A DNA stretch of 64,000 nt. It comes from Leptolyngbyaceae cyanobacterium (GTDB taxonomy: Bacteria; Cyanobacteriota; Cyanobacteriia; Phormidesmidales; Phormidesmidaceae). The stretch spans positions 3,232,001 through 3,296,000 of the forward strand of contig CBDHHL010000032.1 of NCBI GenBank assembly GCA_965263355.1, given 5' to 3'. The translations under genes were made by a program, and so were the position numbers. This document shows, piece by piece, positions 12,878 to 23,368 of this stretch (position 1 is the first letter of the stretch; each line of letters opens with the position of its first letter). Under the pieces are notes generated by a model. It worked only from the letters and a program-made list of their open reading frames with translations, did no database searches and was not told where the DNA came from.

Positions 12878-13951
12878 GTGAGGGACCCTGGCGTGCAACA
12901 ACGAGATTCTCAACTGGCAAGTGATATTCACGAGGACTTTATTCGCATTGGTGTGATTGGTGTTGGCAACATGGGGCAACACCATGCGCGTGTGCTAAGT
13001 CGCATCAAAGACGTTCAACTAGTTGGTATTGCAGATATTAACGTCGAACGTGGTTTAGCGACGGCAGGCAAATACGGTGTGCGTTTTTTTGAGGATTATG
13101 ATGAGCTGTTAAAGCATGTGGATGCTGTCTGCATTGCTGTGCCCACAAGGTTTCATCACCAGGTGGGTATGGCTTGTTTGCAGGCAGGGGTGCATATGCT
13201 GATTGAAAAGCCGATTGCGGCTAATATCGCTGAAGCTGAATCCTTGGTCAATGCAGCAGCAGAGGCTAACTGTATTCTACAAGTTGGCCACATTGAGCGG
13301 TTTAATCCGGCTTTTCAGGAGTTGCATAAGGTCCTTAAAACCGAGAAATTATTGGCACTTGAGGCTCGCCGTATGAGTCCATACTCCCAGCGGGCGAATG
13401 ATGTGTCCGTAGTTCTAGACTTGATGATCCACGATATTGATCTTCTACTAGAACTAGCAGAAGCGCCAGTGGTTAAATTGACGGCAAGTGGTAGTCGGGC
13501 TGGGGACTCACCTTATTTAGATTATGTGACGGCTACTCTAGGCTTTGCCAATGGCATTGTGGGGACCTTAACGGCGAGCAAAGTAACCCATCGCAAGATA
13601 CGGAGTATTGTCGCCCACTGCCGTAACTCGCTGACTGAGGCAGATTTTCTCAACAATGAGATTTTGATTCATCGTCAGACAACGGCCAACACCATGACTG
13701 ATTATGGTCAAGTGCTTTATCGACAAGATGGTTTGATTGAGAAGGTCTATACCAGTAATATTGAGCCGCTGCATGCGGAATTGGAGCATTTTGTTCACTG
13801 CGCTCGCGGGGGGGGGAAGCCTTCGGTTGGCGGTGAACAAGCGCTTAAAGCCCTACGCTTAGCCAGCCTGATTGAGCAGATGGCGCTCGATGGTCAAGCT
13901 TGGCGAACGGATGATGAGATGGCGGGGGTATTGCAGGCAGTTACGGTATAG
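12878..13951 (+). CDS. Gfo/Idh/MocA family oxidoreductase
   Basis: IGVIGVGNMG, LIEKP, GHIERFNPA, DLMIHDID. Confidence 0.92.
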   Translation: MRDPGVQQRDSQLASDIHEDFIRIGVIGVGNMGQHHARVLSRIKDVQLVGIADINVERGLATAGKYGVRFFEDYDELLKHVDAVCIAVPTRFHHQVGMACLQAGVHMLIEKPIAANIAEAESLVNAAAEANCILQVGHIERFNPAFQELHKVLKTEKLLALEARRMSPYSQRANDVSVVLDLMIHDIDLLLELAEAPVVKLTASGSRAGDSPYLDYVTATLGFANGIVGTLTASKVTHRKIRSIVAHCRNSLTEADFLNNEILIHRQTTANTMTDYGQVLYRQDGLIEKVYTSNIEPLHAELEHFVHCARGGGKPSVGGEQALKALRLASLIEQMALDGQAWRTDDEMAGVLQAVTV

Positions 13952-14201
13952 CGGTAATGACTGCGGGTTCTATGGCGATCGCAACCAGGCCATTTTCTTG
14001 AGCTGCCACGCCAAAAATAACCTCACCTTCATGGGCGGTAAAAAAACAATGGCGAATGCCATCAACGACGCGACACAGGGCAACGGTACCTGAGCAAATT
14101 TTCCAAGCTTGATTGGGGACGTTGAGTTCCAGGATTTCATCTGGTTGAATGTGGCACGCCGTTTGGGTGATGTGCTGGGGCGGTGTGCTCAAGATAGACA
14201 T
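13941..14201 (-). CDS. Small hypothetical protein with cNMP-binding-like beta fold
   Basis: AWKICSGTVAL...RHCFFTAHEGEVIFG pattern; overlaps the 3' end of the convergent gene by 11 nt. Confidence 0.5.
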   Translation of the reverse strand: MSILSTPPQHITQTACHIQPDEILELNVPNQAWKICSGTVALCRVVDGIRHCFFTAHEGEVIFGVAAQENGLVAIAIEPAVITAIP

Positions 14202-14347
14202 AAAGATAGTGAAGTAAGTCGAAGCTAGTCTTCTAGCATAGACAAGCAGAGCTGCTAATCGGAGGCTTTTCTGATTTATCTTAGAAATGTTCCAATAAAC
14301 TTCATAGAAATCTGATGTAGTGTATGGCTATGTAGGCCAGGTATCCA

Positions 14348-15418
14348 TCAGTCCGCTCCTGCCGTTGTCAATGGCTGTAAAGGAGGTATGTGAGTGCTTA
14401 AGGCTGAAGCTGTAATGCCTGCGCGCTGGGCTGCGATCACACCAATGGCTTCTAAGTAAGAGTTCACTGTCATTACCGTTAGGTTTAGGGCGTTGGCATC
14501 GACTTTAATGGCAGCAGAATTGTCTGCCACGGCAATAATCTGAGTAGATGTACCGCTGAGACTCAAGACGGCACTGCCCCCCAGGGTGCTGGCAGGAACC
14601 ACCAGGGCATCGACATCATGGGCACTAATGCTTTGAGCTGTGGCTGCGGTTGTAAACTGGGGGGCTTGACTGAGGCCAGCCAAGACACAGGGTAAAAAGG
14701 TATAGCCAATCTCTTCGGCAGCAGAGCGTGGAGAAATACTCGGATCCAGGGGTAAGGGCTGGAGAGCCGGGGCATGGGCACAAGGCACTTGAAACTCACG
14801 CACCACGAGATGGCTAATCACCGCTTCAGCCCCCGCGAGTGGATCCACTCCCTGGCCCTGACGATAGTTGGTAAGGGCGTCACTACCAAGGTCATCTGGA
14901 AAGCGGGCGATCACAGCAATGGCATCACAGCCTGCCTGACGTAAATGCGCCACAGCACGCAGCAGGCTATCAGGATGGGTTAAGGTTCCCCAGGTAGCTG
15001 TTTGGGCTTGTTTTAGCTGTACCCCTAAAGGTGTATCTGTCGTGATGTAGCGATGAATGGCTAAGCCTAAAGTAGCCCGAGCGGCATCGGCAGCTTGTAG
15101 ATGCCGCCAACGTAAATCGTCTTCAATGCCCTGGTCCAGTACTAATCCAATCGTATTTTGGTGAACGGGGCATAGATGCCAACGTCCTGCAGCGAACTGA
15201 TCGAGCCCGTACCCTTCAACATAGTAGGCATTGGCTAGGGGCCAATAGAGTTGGGCCCCGTTGAGAACATTGGGGTGGGTAATTAGCTGGTCGGTGACGC
15301 TTGCGATCGCACGAGCGACGGGCAATGCATCCCCAGCATAGCCACCAATGGCTGCCCCTACTCCAGTAGGAACAATCATCATAGTGGTATGGAGACAGGC
15401 GTTTTGAGATCGGTTCAT
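14348..15418 (-). CDS. DUF3326 family protein
   Basis: IVPTGVGAAIGGYAGDA, THPNVLNGA, GVDPLAGAEAVISH, PCAHAP; ATG 15418 overlaps the upstream stop. Confidence 0.9.
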   Translation of the reverse strand: MNRSQNACLHTTMMIVPTGVGAAIGGYAGDALPVARAIASVTDQLITHPNVLNGAQLYWPLANAYYVEGYGLDQFAAGRWHLCPVHQNTIGLVLDQGIEDDLRWRHLQAADAARATLGLAIHRYITTDTPLGVQLKQAQTATWGTLTHPDSLLRAVAHLRQAGCDAIAVIARFPDDLGSDALTNYRQGQGVDPLAGAEAVISHLVVREFQVPCAHAPALQPLPLDPSISPRSAAEEIGYTFLPCVLAGLSQAPQFTTAATAQSISAHDVDALVVPASTLGGSAVLSLSGTSTQIIAVADNSAAIKVDANALNLTVMTVNSYLEAIGVIAAQRAGITASALSTHIPPLQPLTTAGAD

Positions 15419-15630
15419 GGCTGGTTTGAGGCAGCCATTGTCACTACGGCTTCTACCTGGACAGTCGTCTGATGCACAGCTACAATCGCCCATCTAAGCG
15501 GTTCTCCGTAGTCGCTTAGATGGGTTTCAATATGGTCTCGAAGCGCGATGCCATCAGCCTGTAGCTCAACCGTTGTCAGGATGAACTGTGTGGTGAGGGC
15601 GGTAGGATTACTAGTTTTGAAATTGGCCAA
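15415..15630 (-). CDS. Small hypothetical protein
   Basis: GEPLRWAIV..VQVEAVV; overlaps both neighbouring genes. Confidence 0.75.
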   Translation of the reverse strand: MANFKTSNPTALTTQFILTTVELQADGIALRDHIETHLSDYGEPLRWAIVAVHQTTVQVEAVVTMAASNQP

Positions 15631-15931
15631 ATTGGGCTTGGTATACCTCGTCTTCTTTTTCAGTTTCCAATTTGATGTCAGATGTGGGATAGGCTACACA
15701 AAGTAGGGCATACCCTTTGTCCTGGAGTTCTTGACTCACACCCATGCCGTCTGTTTGGGAGACGCTGCCCTCGGTAATCAAAGCAGCACATGTAGTGCAT
15801 ACTCCCGCACCACAGGATGTAGGAAGTTCAAGACCAGCCGTTTGGGCTGTGGCCAAAATTGTTTCCTGTTCATCGACAGCGATGGTATGAACAGTGCCTT
15901 GATGATGAATTTCGACAGAATAGGTTGCCAT
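15611..15931 (-). CDS. Plant-type 2Fe-2S ferredoxin
   Basis: LPTSCGAGVCTTC...LLCVAYP. Confidence 0.93.
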   Translation of the reverse strand: MATYSVEIHHQGTVHTIAVDEQETILATAQTAGLELPTSCGAGVCTTCAALITEGSVSQTDGMGVSQELQDKGYALLCVAYPTSDIKLETEKEDEVYQAQFGQFQN

Positions 15932-16124
15932 TGAGATTGTGATTGAAAAAAATTAAAAAAGTATTGAAGGGTTCGCTGAGATTAGTAGTCTGTCAAAACT
16001 TAATTTTTTGGGGTGAAGAAGACTATCAGTAAAACGACTGTTACACCCAACAAACTACTCACCGTCTTACCTAAAAGTTAAGCTTGACACAGTAGCAGAC
16101 ATTGCTTAAAAAATCTGCAAACGT

Positions 16125-16307
16125 CTAGCCTTGAGACTTTTCTTTGAAAACACGCTCAAATTCCTCTAACAAATCATCCATTTCCTCTAAAGCTTGGTTG
16201 ACATCAATACGCAATGTACCGAGATTAGGCTGTTCTAGCAGCTGCACTAGGGACTCACGTTTAGCCCTAATTTGTTCAATTTGAGTTTTAATCGTCTCTA
16301 GAGGCAT
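16125..16307 (-). CDS. Small coiled-coil hypothetical protein
   Basis: LEQPNLGTLRIDVNQALEEMDDL. Confidence 0.7.
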   Translation of the reverse strand: MPLETIKTQIEQIRAKRESLVQLLEQPNLGTLRIDVNQALEEMDDLLEEFERVFKEKSQG

Positions 16308-16481
16308 GGCTATGTCTTATCTCACCGTCTACAGACTCCAGAATAAGCAACTTTGGGTGAATAATGCTACAGGGTGATGTTCTGAATAGTCGAGTTTAAT
16401 TTCTGGTCAAAGTTTAAACTCATATCCCTTTACTATAGAAATTAGGCCCATACATAAGTTTTGTAATCAACCATCCTGCAT

Positions 16482-17033
16482 ATGCTACGAAAAATTCCCC
16501 TTGGCGGTGTTTTATTGTCGATCGGTTCTATTCTGACCCTGGTTGGTTTTGTGGCCTATTTCAGGGATATGGCCACCTTAAATCTGGCAGGCTTTTTCTA
16601 TGGAATTCCAATTTTGCTGGGGGGAGCAGCATTGCGAGCGGCGGAGTTAGAACCAGTTCCCTACACTCAGTCTGCAAGCGATACTGTGATTGCTTTGCGA
16701 GATAAAACGGCCACCCAAACCCAAAACCAGGTGCGCAAAGATGTGACTCGCTATCGCTACGGTCAAGAGGCTCATTTAGATATTGCTTTAGAACGTCTTG
16801 GCCTGAGTCCCAATGATAAACAGCGACCGGTATTGAGCGGTTTGCGAGAGGAGCTGCGGAATGGTGCCTATGCCTTGGTACTGGAGTTTGATTCTCCATA
16901 TATGCCGCTGGAGAGCTGGCAAGAAAAGCACGGCAAGATCGAAAAATTCTTTGGGCCTAACATTCGCGCTGAGATTGATGCTAAGGCCGATGACCAAATG
17001 GAGTTAGCGCTGATTACGGCTTCAGCTGCATAG
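16482..17033 (+). CDS. DUF2854 family membrane protein
   Basis: Two TM helices, FYGIPILLGG, DVTRYRYGQEAHL, FFGP. Confidence 0.85.
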   Translation: MLRKIPLGGVLLSIGSILTLVGFVAYFRDMATLNLAGFFYGIPILLGGAALRAAELEPVPYTQSASDTVIALRDKTATQTQNQVRKDVTRYRYGQEAHLDIALERLGLSPNDKQRPVLSGLREELRNGAYALVLEFDSPYMPLESWQEKHGKIEKFFGPNIRAEIDAKADDQMELALITASAA

Positions 17034-17039
17034 ATTTCA

Positions 17040-17069
17040 GCAAACTGCTGACCACAGTCAGCAGTTTGC
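17040..17069. terminator. Perfect 13-bp stem hairpin between convergent genes
   Basis: GCAAACTGCTGAC-CACA-GTCAGCAGTTTGC. Confidence 0.75.
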
Positions 17070-17129
17070 GTCGCGCCTATGGCTATTACCGTCTAAAGTC
17101 TTTAGCCAACTCTGTGTAGCACCGCCCCC

Positions 17130-17948
17130 TTAAATACTGACGATGCCAGACCACTGTACCTGCTTGAGTCGTGTACGCCGATAGGAGAAAAAGCGCTCAG
17201 GTTCTTGATAAGTGCAGTGGGGTGCAGTAGCTATTTGTTCTGGCTTAAAACCCATCTGTTCTAATTGGATTTCGTTAATGCGCCGCACATCCAAACGCAC
17301 ATGACCGGGTTTTGTATCAGAGAGCAGCGGCGGATTGTTTACATTGAGTAGGTGCTCAACCACGTCTGCTTCATTATCAAACTGGTCTGCATTGACGATA
17401 CTCAAACCAATTTGAGCGGCAACATCTTTGCCCACTTGGTAAACTTCACCGGTAATAGCTGGGCCTAGCAGGACGCGTAGATCCTGAAGTTGTGAGCCTT
17501 GGGACTGCAGCTTAGCAACGGCTATGGGTACAATTTTTTGGGCTGTGCCTCGCCAGCCTGCATGGGCCGCTGCCACAAGTCCAGTGCGTTTATCAGCAAT
17601 CAAAGCAGGTGTACAATCTGCAGTACATACCCATGTGGCTTGACCGGATTTATTACTAAAGCAGCCATCGGCCTGGGGGCGCTGAATATCCTCTTCTGTG
17701 ACCTGATGACCAATGCCGCCACTGGCTACTAGCGTTTTAGTCCCGTTTCTGACTTGCTCAGGCGCAAGGACGACATTACCGTGAACTTGCTTAGTTCTCA
17801 ACACTTCAGCGTCTGTAGCCAGAGCTGAAGTGAGGGCTTCAGGTCGTTGGGGGGTAAAGTCCGATGTAAAGAACCCGTGGGGCTGATTAATCAGATTACA
17901 GGTTAAATAGGACTTACCTTGCCAGGTTTGCCAGTTCCAGTTGTGCAT
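17130..17948 (-). CDS. pgeF: Peptidoglycan editing factor PgeF (YfiH family)
   Basis: QVHG, TADCTP, AHAGWRG, CTYQEPERFFSYRR. Confidence 0.93.
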   Translation of the reverse strand: MHNWNWQTWQGKSYLTCNLINQPHGFFTSDFTPQRPEALTSALATDAEVLRTKQVHGNVVLAPEQVRNGTKTLVASGGIGHQVTEEDIQRPQADGCFSNKSGQATWVCTADCTPALIADKRTGLVAAAHAGWRGTAQKIVPIAVAKLQSQGSQLQDLRVLLGPAITGEVYQVGKDVAAQIGLSIVNADQFDNEADVVEHLLNVNNPPLLSDTKPGHVRLDVRRINEIQLEQMGFKPEQIATAPHCTYQEPERFFSYRRTRLKQVQWSGIVSI

Positions 17949-17978
17949 GGGAGAGAACAGAGTAAAGGGTGAGTAGGG

Positions 17979-19658
17979 TCAAGATTGACACGCTACAAGC
18001 TTAGCCTTTACTTGAGAGTGCAGCTTGAGTAGACCATATTCTAGACCGTCAACGACAGCTTGATAGGAGGCTTCCAAAATATTGGGCGATAGTCCGACCG
18101 TTGTCCAACGACGCTCACCGTCCCCAAATTCAACCAGCACTCGAGTTTTGGCGGCAGTTCCCGCTGTACTGTCTAGAATACGCACCTTATAATCTGTTAG
18201 ATAAAACCGCTCTAGCTCTGGATAAAACTGTTCTAACGCTTTACGCAAAGCATGGTCCAGTGCTTCTACAGGACCATTACCCTCAGCGGCATGGAGTAAA
18301 TTTTTGCCATCTACAGACACTTTGATGGTGGCTAAAGAATAGCTGCTAGCCGAGTCTTCTGGTGAGCAATTAACCGTATTCCCGGCGTAGGGCATACGTT
18401 CACAATGTACTTGAAAGCCATGTACCTCAAACATTTTGGGACGCTGTCCCAAGGCTTCACGCATAAGTAATTCAAAGCTAGCCTCTGCCGCCTCAAATTG
18501 ATAGCCTTCGTCTTCTAGAAACTTTAATCGTCGTAGCAACTGGCGCGATGTCGGATTTGTCCGGTCAAGTTTAAGGCCAAAGCTACGGGCTTTAGCCATG
18601 ATATTGCTCAGCCCTGCCTGATCGGAAATGACAATGCGCCGGAGATTGCCGATAGCCTCAGGCTCAATATGCTCATAGGTTTTAGGATTGCGTTCTACGG
18701 CACTGACATGGATACCGCCCTTATGGGCAAAGGCTGATAAGCCTACATAGGGAGCATGATCGTCGGGTGCTAGATTGACTAACTCGCTGATGTCTCGGCT
18801 AGTGATAGTCAGGGTAGCCAGCTTGTCGGCGGTTAAGCAGTTATAACCAAGCTTGAGCTGTAAATTTGGGATTAACGAACAAAGATTTGCATTCCCGCAC
18901 CGTTCTCCATAGCCATTGATGGTGCCTTGGACCATCGTCACCCCTTCCAGAACTGCCGTCAGCGCATTAGCAACGGCTAGCTCGCTATCGTTATGGGTAT
19001 GAATACCCAATTGGGGAGGATTTTCTAAATTAAGCGTGGTTAACCATTGGCTGATTGTACGGACAATATCGGTGATCTGATGGGGGAGCATGCCTCCGTT
19101 GGTGTCACACAAAACCAGCCACTCCGCCCCGGCCCGAATTGCAGCTTCTAACGTTTGGACAGCGTAGGCAGGGTTATTTAAGTAGCCATCAAACCAATGT
19201 TCGGCATCGTAGATCACTCTGCGCCCCTGTTGTCGCAAATAGTCAATAGAGTCATAAATCATTGACAGATTTTCGTTGAGATCTGTTTTTAGCCCTGTGG
19301 TGACGTGAAGATCCCAAGATTTGCCAAACAGAGTTATCCATTGAGTTCTGGCTGCTAAGGCTGCGGCCAAAGTAACGTCTTCTGCTACTGGCAAATGGGG
19401 GCGACGGGTGGAGCAAAAAGCAACCACTTCAGCCTGACGTAGCGGCTGTAACTGCAGCTGGGCAAAAAACTGACCATCCTTAGGATTGGCCCCTGGCCAT
19501 CCCCCTTCAATAAAGGGGATGCCGAGGTCGTCAAGACGACGCGCAATATTGAGTTTGTCCTCAACGGAAAGGGATAGGCCCTCTCGCTGGGCACCGTCCC
19601 GCAGGGTAGTGTCGTAAATCCAAAGTTGAGTATTGGGAGACATAGCAACAGAGAACAC
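17979..19658 (-). CDS. cimA: Citramalate synthase (LeuA family)
   Basis: DTTLRDGAQREG, FIEGGWPGANPKD, YDAEHWFDG, HTHND, AFAHKGGIH. Confidence 0.92.
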   Translation of the reverse strand: MFSVAMSPNTQLWIYDTTLRDGAQREGLSLSVEDKLNIARRLDDLGIPFIEGGWPGANPKDGQFFAQLQLQPLRQAEVVAFCSTRRPHLPVAEDVTLAAALAARTQWITLFGKSWDLHVTTGLKTDLNENLSMIYDSIDYLRQQGRRVIYDAEHWFDGYLNNPAYAVQTLEAAIRAGAEWLVLCDTNGGMLPHQITDIVRTISQWLTTLNLENPPQLGIHTHNDSELAVANALTAVLEGVTMVQGTINGYGERCGNANLCSLIPNLQLKLGYNCLTADKLATLTITSRDISELVNLAPDDHAPYVGLSAFAHKGGIHVSAVERNPKTYEHIEPEAIGNLRRIVISDQAGLSNIMAKARSFGLKLDRTNPTSRQLLRRLKFLEDEGYQFEAAEASFELLMREALGQRPKMFEVHGFQVHCERMPYAGNTVNCSPEDSASSYSLATIKVSVDGKNLLHAAEGNGPVEALDHALRKALEQFYPELERFYLTDYKVRILDSTAGTAAKTRVLVEFGDGERRWTTVGLSPNILEASYQAVVDGLEYGLLKLHSQVKAKLVACQS

Positions 19659-20148
19659 AATGTAGGAATGAAGCCTGAAAATGAAGATTAGAGAAGGATG
19701 CTACCTGTGGTTAAGTGCTGAGTTGCAAATTTTTAGTTTTATCCGATCTTTATTTCTTAGACGCATTTTAAAGACCCTGTGTACCGAGTTTAGACCTTTG
19801 ATAAAGATATTCACAACCCAAAATGGGAAATAAGTTTGTGTGCTTGATTCTATTGACCACAGGTGTTTGGTAGCATTTTTATACGCCTATTCTCATCATG
19901 TTTTTTTGATTCATGTCAGGTATGTCGTGCCTCCTATTTAGTTGGAACAAAGAAAAGTCAGGCAGTCTTGAGGTTGTGGCTCAATGGCCAGCTCAATTGT
20001 TGACGGATTAGAAAAATTTCTAACTTAGAATATCTCCGTGTTTTACGCAGCTAAACTGTTATTTATCAAACTATCTCCCCAAGGTTTAATGCTTTATGTC
20101 CCAAAAAACTTTGGGTTTAGTTTGAAACTCTTAACTTAAAGAATTCCT

Positions 20149-20475
20149 ATGCCAAACGTGATTGCTCAAGGAAAAACCTTTGAATGTGCCACGGGGGCAA
20201 ACCTCAGACGGGTGCTATTGGAGCATGACGTGGCTCTATACAATGGCAATGCTCGTTTGATTAATTGTCGGGGTATTGGTAGCTGTGGCACCTGTGCTGT
20301 GATGGTTGAGGGGGAGGTGTCGGCTGCCAACTGGAAAGATCGGGGGCGACGGTCACTGCCGCCCCATAATTCTGAGAGTCCTTTACGATTGGCCTGTCAA
20401 ACGTCCGTTTTGGGGGACGTGATAGTAACTAAATATGACCAATTTTGGGGGCAAGGACAAACCTTACTGTGGTGA
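20149..20475 (+). CDS. 2Fe-2S ferredoxin-like protein
   Basis: NCRGIGSCGTC...RLACQ. Confidence 0.9.
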   Translation: MPNVIAQGKTFECATGANLRRVLLEHDVALYNGNARLINCRGIGSCGTCAVMVEGEVSAANWKDRGRRSLPPHNSESPLRLACQTSVLGDVIVTKYDQFWGQGQTLLW

Positions 20476-20597
20476 GCATTAAGGCTTCAGGCCAAAGTTG
20501 TTGAAGTTATTGTCTCTATTTCTATTAAAATAGTGCATCCATTTTTTAGGAACTGGGTAATGATAAAAACCAGTGGTAGTCGGGAGGGGAAAGGTTT

Positions 20598-21065
20598 ATG
20601 AATAAGTTTATCTTAGGCAGTATTTTGGCTGCTATTTCACTAATGGCGATCTATGGCAGTAGTGCTTCTAATCGCGTGACTTCCTGGGTGGACGGGGAAA
20701 ACCCTGTGGCCACTCAAAGTAATTTTGGTCAGACCAATGGCCGTGTTAATAATCAAGGGACTGGTGATCAACTTGTTGCTCTAAATGAAACAGAGCAGGA
20801 TGCCATTGCTCAGATTGGGAGTCGTACACCCTTAGAAAAAGCGGGTGATATTCCTCAGCGTCAGACCCGTGGTGTGCAGAGTTCTCCCGCGTTTGGGACT
20901 AACGCTCAGTCAGCCAATACTGGGGACGATACTGATGGTGAAGTTGTTACCCCTGATCCATCGCCTGCACCGAATACACCAGCTCAGCCAGCTCCAGAGG
21001 CTACTCAGGGGCAGCCCCAGCCGCCGCAAAACCAAACTCAGCCCCCCGTGCGGGCACTTTGGTAA
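20598..21065 (+). CDS. Hypothetical exported low-complexity protein
   Basis: Signal-like N-terminus, P/Q-rich tail ending PVRALW. Confidence 0.7.
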   Translation: MNKFILGSILAAISLMAIYGSSASNRVTSWVDGENPVATQSNFGQTNGRVNNQGTGDQLVALNETEQDAIAQIGSRTPLEKAGDIPQRQTRGVQSSPAFGTNAQSANTGDDTDGEVVTPDPSPAPNTPAQPAPEATQGQPQPPQNQTQPPVRALW

Positions 21066-21080
21066 GGGGGGAGCCAGTCG

Positions 21081-21097
21081 GGTGGGCACTACCCACC
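21081..21097. repeat. REP-like palindrome GGTGGGCA(C/T)TGCCCACC family, intergenic copy
   Basis: GGTGGGCACTACCCACC; related copies at 22317-22336 and 63640-63652. Confidence 0.7.
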
Positions 21098-21167
21098 ATC
21101 ATTGGGTAATCGTCGGGTAATCGTCTGAATGGATCATAGTCAATTGCAGGGGGGTGGATAAACGTTT

Positions 21168-23186
21168 ATGGCGCAGGCAGATGTACTGGTGGTGGGTGGC
21201 GGTATTATTGGCCTTGCGATCGCAACCGAACTGCGCCAGCAAGGTGCGACAGTAACCATCCTCAGCCGTGACTTTAATGCGGCAGCAGGTCATGCGGCGG
21301 CGGGCATGTTAGCCCCTAGGGCTGAAGGGTTGACAGGCCCTATGCTAGAGCTAGGTCAGCGTAGTCTGTCCCTCTATCTCGACTGGTGTCGTAAATTAGA
21401 AGAGCTAACGGGCCAAGATACTGGCTTTTGGCCCTGTGGTATTCTTGCTCCGCTTTGGGAATTACCCGCTGAAACCAATGGACTAGCGAACACTACTTTA
21501 CTCGGCCAGACCGCCATTCACAGCTATCAATCCCATCTCAGTCCTCAAGTAGCCGGTGGTTACTGGTACCCCGAAGAAGGGCAAGTCAATAATCAGGCTT
21601 TGCTCAAAGCCTTACGGATAGCTTCCCAAGATCTGGGTGTGGAGATCCAAGAGGGGGTAAATGTCATCTCTTTTTTGCAACAGAATCACCATGTAACTGG
21701 GGTATTGACTTCCCAGGGGCAGCAGCAGGCGGGGCATTATGTACTGGCGACTGGTGCTTGGACTAGTGAGCTGTTGCCAATTCCAGTAAAGCCTTGTAAG
21801 GGGCAAATGGCTGCCCTGTTGACTCCCCTTGACTCTCCCTATGGCCTCAGTCGAGTTTTGTATGGCGAGTACAGTTATATTGTGCCGCGCAAAGATGGGC
21901 GAATTGTGCTTGGGGCTACGAGTGAAGATGTTGGATTTACTCCCCATAACACTTCTAGGGGAGTAGCCCAGCTGCTTAACGAGGCGATTCGGCTTTATCC
22001 GCCCTTAGCTGATTTTCCTGTGCAGGAGTCTTGGTGGGGATATCGTCCAGCGACTCCTGATGAGGCTCCTATTTTGGGTCCTAGCCATTGCGATAATCTA
22101 ACTCTGGCAACGGGGCATCATCGCAATGGTGTTTTGCTGACGCCGATTACGGCTAAGCTGATTGGTGAGGCGGTTAAGGGAAAACCTGATCCGCTGTTAG
22201 ATGCGTTTCATTGGGAACGGTTCATGGAGGCGAGGGGTACCCATGGGACGGGAATGGAGCGTACTGCTCCGGTTCAAAATGTTCAAATTCAAAATGTTCA
22301 AAATGCAATGCCGATAGTGGGCACTGCCCACCCTACGGTTTTACACAATTCTACAGATATGCAAACGCTTTCGGCTCCTGTTGTGACAACGTCTGATGAT
22401 GTGCTGGTGATTGCGGGACGGTCTTTTGCGTCTCGGTTGATGACGGGGTCAGGGAAATTTGAGAACTTTGAGACGATGCGGGCTAGTCTGGCGGCGAGTG
22501 GCAGTCAGATTGTGACAGTAGCTGTGCGGCGGGTGCAGACCAATGCTCCAGGGCATGAAGGATTGGCCCAGGCCATTGACTGGCAGAAGATTTGGATGTT
22601 GCCCAATACTGCTGGCTGTACTACGGCTGACGAAGCGATTCGTGTGGCTCGACTGGGGCGAGAAATGGCAAAGTTGTTGGGGCAAGAAGACAACAATTTT
22701 GTCAAACTGGAAGTTATCCCTGATGCTAAATATTTGTTGCCGGACCCGATTGGTACCTTGCGGGCTGCAGAACAACTTGTGAAGGAAGGGTTTACGGTGT
22801 TGCCCTATGTGAATGCAGATCCGATTTTGGCAAGGCATTTGGAAGAGGCTGGCTGTGCGACAGTCATGCCCCTAGGCTCTCCCATTGGCTCTGGCCAAGG
22901 GGTGCGTAATGCGGCTAACATTCGCATTATTGTTGAGAATGCCAATATCCCGGTGGTAGTAGATGCGGGAATTGGTAGTCCCAGTGAAGCAGCAGAATCG
23001 ATGGAGATGGGGGCGGACGCCTTACTGATTAATACTGCGATCGCAAAAGCTCAAGACCCGGTCAAAATGGGACGAGCCATGGGGCTGGCAACAGAAGCAG
23101 GTCGTTTAGCCTATTTAGCCGGTCGGATTCCAGTAAAAGCATATGCCAGCGCTAGCTCTCCACTAACGGGTACCATTACCAGCTAG
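21168..23186 (+). CDS. thiOG: Fused glycine oxidase ThiO / thiazole synthase ThiG
   Basis: N-terminal [26 protein letters not shown]-terminal [31 protein letters not shown]. Confidence 0.93.
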   Translation: MAQADVLVVGGGIIGLAIATELRQQGATVTILSRDFNAAAGHAAAGMLAPRAEGLTGPMLELGQRSLSLYLDWCRKLEELTGQDTGFWPCGILAPLWELPAETNGLANTTLLGQTAIHSYQSHLSPQVAGGYWYPEEGQVNNQALLKALRIASQDLGVEIQEGVNVISFLQQNHHVTGVLTSQGQQQAGHYVLATGAWTSELLPIPVKPCKGQMAALLTPLDSPYGLSRVLYGEYSYIVPRKDGRIVLGATSEDVGFTPHNTSRGVAQLLNEAIRLYPPLADFPVQESWWGYRPATPDEAPILGPSHCDNLTLATGHHRNGVLLTPITAKLIGEAVKGKPDPLLDAFHWERFMEARGTHGTGMERTAPVQNVQIQNVQNAMPIVGTAHPTVLHNSTDMQTLSAPVVTTSDDVLVIAGRSFASRLMTGSGKFENFETMRASLAASGSQIVTVAVRRVQTNAPGHEGLAQAIDWQKIWMLPNTAGCTTADEAIRVARLGREMAKLLGQEDNNFVKLEVIPDAKYLLPDPIGTLRAAEQLVKEGFTVLPYVNADPILARHLEEAGCATVMPLGSPIGSGQGVRNAANIRIIVENANIPVVVDAGIGSPSEAAESMEMGADALLINTAIAKAQDPVKMGRAMGLATEAGRLAYLAGRIPVKAYASASSPLTGTITS

Positions 23187-23368
23187 CCAATATGTATGGA
23201 CGACACCTGACATCCTTTTAAGGATATCCACTATATTCGATACATAATCGAACCTATTGAGTTACTTTCTATGGGGAGTGTGCAGTTGACCCAACGTTTA
23301 GGAGCGATTGTTCCTTTGGTGCTCACAGTATTGGGACTGGGCGTACTAAATGCCGAGTGGTGAAATTT

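Noticed and set aside
21168..23186. ThiO-ThiG fusion as a novelty
   Set aside because: This fusion is already known in cyanobacteria
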